IMG/VR virus record: IMGVR_UViG_3300032285_003819
Span: 1 to 52,665 of that record
DNA: 52,665 nt
Strand: one strand, 5' to 3'
Source: a virus
Taxonomy: Duplodnaviria; Caudoviricetes
Under the pieces are notes generated by a model. That model was not told the DNA's origin, searched no databases, and saw only the letters and a program-made list of their open reading frames with translations. This document shows, piece after piece, positions 46,552 to 52,665 of this stretch (position 1 is the first letter of the stretch; every line of letters begins with the position of its first letter). Made by a program: the position numbers and the translations under genes.

Positions 46552-48722
46552 ATAATAATATAATTATGTCTTATATATCTATAAAATCCATACGAGTAAC
46601 TTTTTACTTGGTTCTGTATTTTATTAAAATTTTCTTCTAAAATTTTATCTAATTCATGTTTATTATCAAAATAATTTTCTTCTAAATAATATAAAATAAT
46701 TTTAGCTTTATTATTGTTTGATTTTATTTTATCAACCGTGTCTTTTATAAAATTTGAATTCAAAAAATAATCGCAAATTATCAAATAAAAATCAGAATCG
46801 TAATTACAATCAAAATCTATTTTACAATCAGAATATAAATTTCTGAATTTATTTTTTTGATCCAAACTTAAATTTTGCGAAATAATGGATATAGATTTAT
46901 TATGTAAAATATTTATTCCTAAAATCAACAAACCCGAAGTTTCTTTATAAATATCATTAAAAATATAATAAGGATCATAACAATTATTTTTTAATTTATT
47001 ATATGCTAAATCAAAATTCGCATTGAAATTGGGTTTTGCTGGAGAATGAGAATCAGAATCTTGTCTTAATTTCCAATTGTATAAGCATCTAGGTATATGC
47101 ATCCATTTACCCAAACTATTAAAATACATAACTCTATATGAATCTTCAGAAACAGCGTTAAAATCATTTATTTCGAAATTAATTTCTTTGATATTTTTAA
47201 AACATCTTAAATGGCTAAAAGCATAATAAGAAATATTATTCAAATAATTTATATTTGGATGAAATGATGGTAAATTATCTAAAAGATTTTTGTTATTTTT
47301 TAGCAAAGATATAGAATGAAAATTATTATTTTCTGTTTTTATAAACTCACTGCTTATAAACACAGCTTCTGGATAAGACGATGCGAATTTATTATAAATA
47401 TTTAAAAAGCTTGGATCAAATTCGTCATCACAATCTATCAAAACTATATAGTCAAATGAAGAATCAAAAAATTTATTAGGTTGCCAGAACATTTCTTTTT
47501 TACGAGACTGTTCTACATATTTTACATTTTTAAAATATTTTATTTTTTCAAGAAGCATTGATTTAGTATTATCAGAACTAAAATCATCAGTTATTATCCA
47601 CTCAAAATTATCGTAATCAATTTTAGATATTTGATCAAATATAAAATCTACAAATTTTTCTGCATTATAAAAAGATGTATAAAGACCGAATTTTTGCCTT
47701 TTTAAAGGATAAATATTATTCATTTTAACACTAGAAAGATCGTATTTTGGATACACTATAGATTTATTTATAGATGTAATATCGATCTCTTTAAATTTTT
47801 CTAAAACATCATTATAACTAGGATGACATTTAAAAGTTTTATATTTTTCTAAACAATCTGGTAAATAAGGAGTAGCATTTATAGTTCCCCATTCTTTTAC
47901 TGAATATTTTACATCACTTGTGCAAAAAATTTTGCAATCTCCTCCTATAAATTTATATTTATAATCTCTTGATCTTTTTCTTATTGGATTGACATATCTA
48001 TAATCTGATGCAGTTCCTACTTGTATTATCCATGCATCAGTCGTACCAGCCACATGAAGCGGACCAGAATCCATAGTAATTATACAAATAGAATTATTTA
48101 TCAAATGCCACATATCACTGATAGAAGAACCATCATTAGAGTAATTGATTATATTATTACCTTTTGGCACAAAACATTTTTTTTCAATAATTCCTTCAGA
48201 AGTTGGTTCTAAATAATCTTTTCCAATTACTACTATATTATAACCTAATTCACTTATTTTATCGGCAAGATTCTGCCAATTTTCTTTGCTCCAAGTTCTA
48301 TTCTTCCAATTAGAGGTAGTATGTATACAAACATAGTTATTTAGGCTTTTAATATCATATTTACAATGTTCATCTGCAAAAAAATCTAAAGTTAATTCTT
48401 CATCTAATAAATCAAAACCTAAATCAAAAGCGCAACTTCTTCTTCTATCACAAGTATGTATTTTTCTAAGAGATTTAATTCTAGAATCTTTGAAAAAACT
48501 TTCCATTTCAAAACAAGATAAAACTTCATATTTAGATTCGTCCACTTCTTCTTCTAAAAAAAAATTAGAATCTACATAAGGATTATTTTTAAAAAGACTG
48601 GGGTATTTAGATTTTACACTTATTTTTCTTCCATAAGCTTTTGATAATTTTCTTAAAGCTGGAGTAGCGCAAAGAGTATCGCCCATACCATAACCATGTA
48701 TCTTTAATAACACTTCTTTCAT
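46548..48722 (-). CDS. GT9 (heptosyltransferase-like) plus GT2 fusion glycosyltransferase
   Basis: GMGDTLCATPALRKL, NRTWS..NW, MDSGPLHVAG, four Cys; C-terminal GT2 SFYNAEKF, IITDDFSSDNT, IDCDD, SED. Confidence 0.85.
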   Translation of the reverse strand: MKEVLLKIHGYGMGDTLCATPALRKLSKAYGRKISVKSKYPSLFKNNPYVDSNFFLEEEVDESKYEVLSCFEMESFFKDSRIKSLRKIHTCDRRRSCAFDLGFDLLDEELTLDFFADEHCKYDIKSLNNYVCIHTTSNWKNRTWSKENWQNLADKISELGYNIVVIGKDYLEPTSEGIIEKKCFVPKGNNIINYSNDGSSISDMWHLINNSICIITMDSGPLHVAGTTDAWIIQVGTASDYRYVNPIRKRSRDYKYKFIGGDCKIFCTSDVKYSVKEWGTINATPYLPDCLEKYKTFKCHPSYNDVLEKFKEIDITSINKSIVYPKYDLSSVKMNNIYPLKRQKFGLYTSFYNAEKFVDFIFDQISKIDYDNFEWIITDDFSSDNTKSMLLEKIKYFKNVKYVEQSRKKEMFWQPNKFFDSSFDYIVLIDCDDEFDPSFLNIYNKFASSYPEAVFISSEFIKTENNNFHSISLLKNNKNLLDNLPSFHPNINYLNNISYYAFSHLRCFKNIKEINFEINDFNAVSEDSYRVMYFNSLGKWMHIPRCLYNWKLRQDSDSHSPAKPNFNANFDLAYNKLKNNCYDPYYIFNDIYKETSGLLILGINILHNKSISIISQNLSLDQKNKFRNLYSDCKIDFDCNYDSDFYLIICDYFLNSNFIKDTVDKIKSNNNKAKIILYYLEENYFDNKHELDKILEENFNKIQNQVKSYSYGFYRYIRHNYIII

Positions 48723-49078
48723 GTAAAATGTTTAAATTCTAGAACGCTAGAATTGTAATTTTTATTTATTTCTGATTTTATCTTGAATCGCGCATCGTTA
48801 TTTTTATAGACGCTTCTGGCTAACTCTACGAATTCTGTATCGAATTCATTATTCTTTTCTTTTATTCTTATATCATCTTCGATATACCATAATTTTTGAT
48901 TAACATTTTGCAAATCAGTAAAATACCTCTGTTCAATATTAAAAGGTTTAATAATTTCATTTATTAAATTGATTTCTTCATCAATTTTTATAGAAGCATT
49001 TGGTATATTTTGTTTTTTTATTTTTAATATTGTTATCTTGTCAACTGCTTCGCCGATAGAAACTGGAATTTGTATCAT
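48719..49078 (-). CDS. DUF6165-like protein
   Basis: IPVSIGEAVDKITILKIK...VNQKLWYIEDDIR...FVELARSVY.NND.R..IK..IN. Start set at Met12 (49078). Confidence 0.75.
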   Translation of the reverse strand: MIQIPVSIGEAVDKITILKIKKQNIPNASIKIDEEINLINEIIKPFNIEQRYFTDLQNVNQKLWYIEDDIRIKEKNNEFDTEFVELARSVYKNNDARFKIKSEINKNYNSSVLEFKHFT

Positions 49079-49085
49079 ATATATT

Positions 49086-50060
49086 TTATGCAAGAGAACG
49101 ATTTTTTGCAAAAATAATTCCCAACTTTTCTGATTTTACGATTACCCTATATTCAAAACCATTTTTCTCAAAGAAAGAAGTTAAATTTTGAAAATGACCG
49201 TGATATTCAACAGCTATTTTTCTGATATTATTTTTTATATAGTCAGCATTTTGTTCTGTGAAAATATAATGCTCTCCTCCTTCACAATCGCACTTAAAAT
49301 AGTCAATTTTTTGAATATTATTTTTGTTTATAAAATCTAAAAATGAGTAGCCTTGAATTTTTTGCTGAGGTCTATTTCTATCATACCAATTAATATTTTC
49401 ATTATCTGCTATAAAATTAGCTGGATCTGTATCAGATAACAATACTAAATATTTTTCTTCTGTTTTATTGGATATAGCTACATTATTCAACACAACTTGT
49501 GGAAAATGAGCGAAATAATCTTCGAGAATAGAAAAAGATTTCAATGAAGGTTCGCAGCAATAAATTTTTGAACATTTATTGTTTATTGCTTTTGTTATAA
49601 AAGCTCCAATATTTGAACCAATATCTAAAACAACATCATTCTTTTCTAAGGAAAAGAAATCAGAATCATATTCTTTAAAACAAAAAACTTCCATAAAACT
49701 ACTCATTTCTATTCCATCATTAATATATTTTAAAATTTGTGGAGCTTCTGTCAACGCATCTGACATTTTAAAATTAGAAGAGTAAAAAGATTCTGAAAAT
49801 ATTAACTCCTCATCATCAAAAATTTCTAATCTCAATGAATTAGATATTTTTTCGCCAATTGAATGTCCTATAAAATAAACATAATCTTTTATCAATATCA
49901 TATCATCATAATGATAAATAAAATTAAAAAAACCATCTTTCAGTTTTACTGATAAAATTTTATTTTCATATTTTGAATCATTTAATTTGAAATGAATAAC
50001 TGCTTTTGATGGATTCAAATTAAACTCTATTCCAGTTATTGTAAACAGTTCTTTTTTCAT
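49086..50060 (-). CDS. FkbM-family SAM-dependent methyltransferase
   Basis: VVLDIGSNIGAF, CCEP, NVAIS, IDYFKCDCEGGE, IAVEYH. Confidence 0.9.
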   Translation of the reverse strand: MKKELFTITGIEFNLNPSKAVIHFKLNDSKYENKILSVKLKDGFFNFIYHYDDMILIKDYVYFIGHSIGEKISNSLRLEIFDDEELIFSESFYSSNFKMSDALTEAPQILKYINDGIEMSSFMEVFCFKEYDSDFFSLEKNDVVLDIGSNIGAFITKAINNKCSKIYCCEPSLKSFSILEDYFAHFPQVVLNNVAISNKTEEKYLVLLSDTDPANFIADNENINWYDRNRPQQKIQGYSFLDFINKNNIQKIDYFKCDCEGGEHYIFTEQNADYIKNNIRKIAVEYHGHFQNLTSFFEKNGFEYRVIVKSEKLGIIFAKNRSLA

Positions 50061-50869
50061 TATGTGATGTTATTTAATTTATTAATATTCGCACATGAGT
50101 GTCGCACTTCTTGTTTAGCTTCCTTATATATTATATCGCTACTGAACTGTTTTGCTAGCGTATTTATCGAAATAGAATTGCCGGTGCCAATATTGAAAAT
50201 TTCGTTTTTGATTTGTTTATTTAATAGGTTAGAGATATGATTACATACATCGTTGACGCTTATAAAGTCTCTTGTTTGTTCGCCATCTCCATATATAGTC
50301 AATGGTTCTTTCTTCTGAAAAGCAAGATTGAATGCCGTAATCACTCCAGCATATTGCGGATTCTGTCCTTGACCAAATACATTAAAAAATCTAAATATTA
50401 AATAATCGATGCCCCACAATTGGCAATACATTTGTATATACTTCTCGGATACTAATTTATCTAATCCGTATGGGCTATTAGGCTCTGTAGAATCTGTTTC
50501 GCTAACTGTTCCTTCTTTATTACCATATACTGCTGCACTAGATGAGAATAAAAATTGTTTGATGCCGTGAAGTTTGGCGGCTGACAATATCTTTATAGTC
50601 AAGAATGTATTATTGCCGAAACTATTTACTGGATCTTCAAATGATCGCGGCACACTTACCATTGCTGCGAGATGAATTATGCAATCTACTGCCTTAAATA
50701 TGTTATCGTTAACGTCGATATCTAATATGTCTATGATTTTTTGCTTGTCAGTAGGAAGTGCGGTGCTAATAACTTTATCCAAGTTATAAACGTCATGTCC
50801 ATCGCTAGACAATTTATTTATTAGATGCGTACCGATAAACCCGCTGCCGCCAGTAATCAATATTCTCAT
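50060..50869 (-). CDS. NAD-dependent nucleotide-sugar epimerase/dehydratase
   Basis: ITGGSGFIG, HLAA, SSSAAVYG, YGLDK (YxxxK), RFFNVFG, GDGEQTRDF. Confidence 0.93.
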   Translation of the reverse strand: MRILITGGSGFIGTHLINKLSSDGHDVYNLDKVISTALPTDKQKIIDILDIDVNDNIFKAVDCIIHLAAMVSVPRSFEDPVNSFGNNTFLTIKILSAAKLHGIKQFLFSSSAAVYGNKEGTVSETDSTEPNSPYGLDKLVSEKYIQMYCQLWGIDYLIFRFFNVFGQGQNPQYAGVITAFNLAFQKKEPLTIYGDGEQTRDFISVNDVCNHISNLLNKQIKNEIFNIGTGNSISINTLAKQFSSDIIYKEAKQEVRHSCANINKLNNIT

Positions 50870-51222
50870 ATGTTGTATTCTATGTTATTTTCCGTGTTTA
50901 AGTATTCAATAGCGTTATATAAGATAGAAATGTTATCATCAAATCTACCAATTCCTAAATTACAGCTATTACATATATAGCCGCGAAATGTGTTATCGAA
51001 GTGACAATGATCTAATATCCATGATGTTGTATGTTTTTTGCATATTGGGCAATCGCCGGGAGGAGGTGGGGGGTTTTGAGACCGTAGGTTTCGGCGCAAT
51101 GAACTGAGTTCGTTATTGCATGATTTGCAAGTATTCTTTCTGCCAGCGTCACTTGTGGAAAAGAATGGGAATTCACTTATATCTTTTTCAATTTTACAGC
51201 TGCGGCAGATCTTTGTACACAT
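50866..51222 (-). CDS. Endonuclease VII-family (His-Me) nuclease
   Basis: CPICKK...LDHCH...RGYICNSCNLGIG.F.D; N-terminal CRSC...CKSC. Confidence 0.88.
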   Translation of the reverse strand: MCTKICRSCKIEKDISEFPFFSTSDAGRKNTCKSCNNELSSLRRNLRSQNPPPPPGDCPICKKHTTSWILDHCHFDNTFRGYICNSCNLGIGRFDDNISILYNAIEYLNTENNIEYNI

Positions 51223-51550
51223 TTATAGTATATTGTATATATAAAAGCTTGGGTTTTTATAGTTTTTGTTTTAAAAAATAAGAGGTCGTTTATTTTTTTT
51301 GTTTTTTAATAGGGATTTATGGCTTGTTTTTGTTTTGTTTTTTTAAATGGCCGGGGGGGGTATGGGTTGTGTTGTTATTGAGATAAGAAAGAGGTAGATG
51401 TAATAAATAGATATAAGATATAAGTTAGGTATATTGGAGAATATATAAGATAGAATAAAATGAGTTGAGAGATTGAGAATAGCCTCCCCCTGCCTCAGCT
51501 CCAAAAAGTCAAGAGAAAAAAATTTCAAAAAAACGGTAGGGGTCGGAGGG

Positions 51551-51567
51551 TTGGCACGGTTCCTGCT
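51551..51567 (+). promoter_or_regulatory. sigma54 (-24/-12)-like motif
   Basis: TTGGCACG-GTTC-CTGCT, one mismatch to TGGCACG-N4-TTGCW. Confidence 0.55.
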
Positions 51568-51627
51568 GGCCGCAGACCCCCCTCCCCCAGGCCATCGGAA
51601 AAAAGTGAAAAAAGTTATCTGAAAGTG

Positions 51628-51656
51628 TTGACGGCCACCGAGTTTTCCCCCATAGT
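51628..51656 (+). promoter_or_regulatory. sigma70-type early promoter, leaderless
   Basis: TTGACG-N17-CATAGT with an A-tract UP-like element; ATG at 51663 falls at the expected +1. Confidence 0.7.
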
Positions 51657-51662
51657 GTGTCC

Positions 51663-51902
51663 ATGCAAAACGAGATTGTGATTCTGAAGGTCAGCAAGTT
51701 CAAGACGGTCGCGCTGGTTGGTGTGACGTACCGCAAGGCGGACGGCACGACTGGCGTGTCACACGGTAAGACAGAGGCGGAAGCAATTGCAAACATCAGC
51801 GTGGTGATTCCTGCGAAAACGCTTGACTTCGCCCCGCTTGCAAAGCGCAGCACTAGCGGAAGCTACTTCCGCAACAACAACGGGATGATGGTTGAAGTCT
51901 GA
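51663..51902 (+). CDS. Small early hypothetical protein (79 aa)
   Basis: MQNEIVILKVSK...; GC-richer codons; own promoter. Confidence 0.7.
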   Translation: MQNEIVILKVSKFKTVALVGVTYRKADGTTGVSHGKTEAEAIANISVVIPAKTLDFAPLAKRSTSGSYFRNNNGMMVEV

Positions 51903-51921
51903 AAAAAGTCTGAAAAAAAAG

Positions 51922-51950
51922 TAGACAGGAAAGAGTTTCTACCCTACCTT
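51922..51950 (+). promoter_or_regulatory. sigma70-type early promoter, leaderless
   Basis: TAGACA-N17-TACCTT with an A-tract upstream; ATG at 51957; same geometry as 51628-51656. Confidence 0.62.
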
Positions 51951-51956
51951 AACACC

Positions 51957-52115
51957 ATGACGAATGACTTCGCCAACATCAGCGCCGAGAGCAACCTGAG
52001 TGACATGATCGCCCTGTCCGCAGCCGAGATCATCGAAGCCAACGCATGGTTCGATGAGCGCAACGAAAGCGCAGTGACTCAGATGGACAACGACGAAATA
52101 CCTATGTCATTCTAA
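51957..52115 (+). CDS. Small acidic early protein (52 aa), below the ORF-track cutoff
   Basis: MTNDFANISAESNLSDMIALSAAEIIEANAWFDERNESAVTQMDNDEIPMSF*; own promoter; C/G-ending codon bias. Confidence 0.7.
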   Translation: MTNDFANISAESNLSDMIALSAAEIIEANAWFDERNESAVTQMDNDEIPMSF

Positions 52116-52164
52116 TAACACAAAACAGTAGTAGTAATACTACAAAACCTTTTTTACAAATAAT

Positions 52165-52377
52165 ATGACTCAAACTACTAAAGTTATTAGTTTTACTGAC
52201 AAGAGCGGTATTCGTAAATACGTTCTTACTGTGTTCAAAGGCAAGAACGAAAACAACACGCCTATCGTTTATCCGAAAGGTTTGTCAGTTGGAGACTACA
52301 CTAGGTACTGGCTCGCAATACAAGAACAGTATGGTCAAGTCTGTATTCGTACTGGTTATCGCCTTAACCAACTTTAA
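52165..52377 (+). CDS. Small hypothetical protein (70 aa)
   Basis: ATG after an A-rich leader; same orientation as the other early ORFs. Confidence 0.6.
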   Translation: MTQTTKVISFTDKSGIRKYVLTVFKGKNENNTPIVYPKGLSVGDYTRYWLAIQEQYGQVCIRTGYRLNQL

Positions 52378-52391
52378 TAATAAAACAATAC

Positions 52392-52574
52392 ATGAACAAC
52401 CTCAAAGACATTGACGCTAACGAGATTGCCACTATTCGCATTGCACTGTTAGACAAGATTGATAACATTAAAACTTACATACAAATGTCTAATGATTTGA
52501 AACAACCCATTAGTGCTAAATACTGGGAAGAATCACTAGACAAACATACAACACTGTTAAACAAGCTGTACTAA
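52392..52574 (+). CDS. Small helical hypothetical protein (60 aa)
   Basis: ATG after an A-rich leader; amphipathic helices. Confidence 0.6.
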   Translation: MNNLKDIDANEIATIRIALLDKIDNIKTYIQMSNDLKQPISAKYWEESLDKHTTLLNKLY

Positions 52575-52608
52575 TACAGCCGCCGACCTTGTAGTAGTAC
52601 AGGGTCGC

Positions 52609-52647
52609 AGCAAGAACCGTGCCAACCCCCTTGGCACGATAGTTGCT
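52609..52647. promoter_or_regulatory. Back-to-back pair of perfect sigma54 consensus motifs
   Basis: Minus strand TTGGCACG-GTTC-TTGCT (52609-52625) and plus strand TTGGCACG-ATAG-TTGCT (52631-52647), separated by CCCCC. Confidence 0.65.
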
Positions 52648-52665
52648 CCCCCCCCCCCCCCCCCC

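Noticed and set aside
42694-50869. DNA hypermodification role for the glycosyltransferases
   Set aside because: No base hydroxymethylase or similar gene in the window, and Aah/TibC and GT9 families act on proteins or LPS. Not excluded for the GT4 or GT2 domains.
3188-51853. Short antisense or overlapping ORFs (e.g. 3188-3463, 11281-11475, 23438-23644, 30954-31295, 33695-34135, 51343-51528, 51509-51853)
   Set aside because: Most lie opposite or inside well-supported genes, and 51343-51528 is in low-complexity non-coding DNA; none has motifs or initiation signals.
1-52574. Stop-codon reassignment (none of the called genes ends in TAG)
   Set aside because: All conserved genes are intact under code 11 with no in-frame TAG or TGA; TAG rarity is expected in AT-rich DNA.
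52584-52607. Hairpin cgaccttgta-gtag-tacagggtcg as a terminator
   Set aside because: The stem is plausible but there is no U-tract on either strand; function cannot be assigned.
52648-52665. Terminal poly-C run
   Set aside because: At the sequence end; likely a sequencing or assembly homopolymer artefact and cannot be interpreted.

Overview
This AT-rich window (roughly 28-30% GC by eye) comes from a large tailed dsDNA phage, most likely siphovirus-like, and is almost all on the minus strand. Reading right to left: (1) a GC-richer early region with leaderless sigma70-type promoters, small ORFs and three sigma54-consensus motifs (51.5-52.65 kb); (2) a glycosylation island with endonuclease VII, an NAD-dependent epimerase, an FkbM methyltransferase, a DUF6165-like ORF, GT9+GT2, GT4+Aah/TibC-like and stand-alone Aah/TibC-like heptosyltransferases, and a GT4 (42.7-51.2 kb); (3) PhoH, a zinc-ribbon protein, an ECF-like sigma factor with a Cys-rich insert and an ERCC4 nuclease; (4) the head module (terL, portal, protease-scaffold, decoration, MCP); (5) an inverted neck/tail-tube block; (6) two putative chaperones and a 2530-aa tape measure protein; (7) a lambda-like tail tip (M, L, K, I, J) and a fibre of at least 1134 aa, missed by the ORF track, built from GTS/GSS triplet repeats and a C1q-like domain. 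The best candidate novelties are: protein O-heptosyltransferases together with a Ser/Thr triplet-repeat fibre as a possible substrate; a tape measure protein carrying PD-(D/E)xK-like cassettes between GF[ILV]PNF repeats; a phage sigma factor with a readable bipartite late promoter (WTCAY-N~15-STGTAA); and a tail whose tube, tube paralogues and Dit all appear tandemly duplicated. All calls come from motif recognition by eye; no database searches were run.
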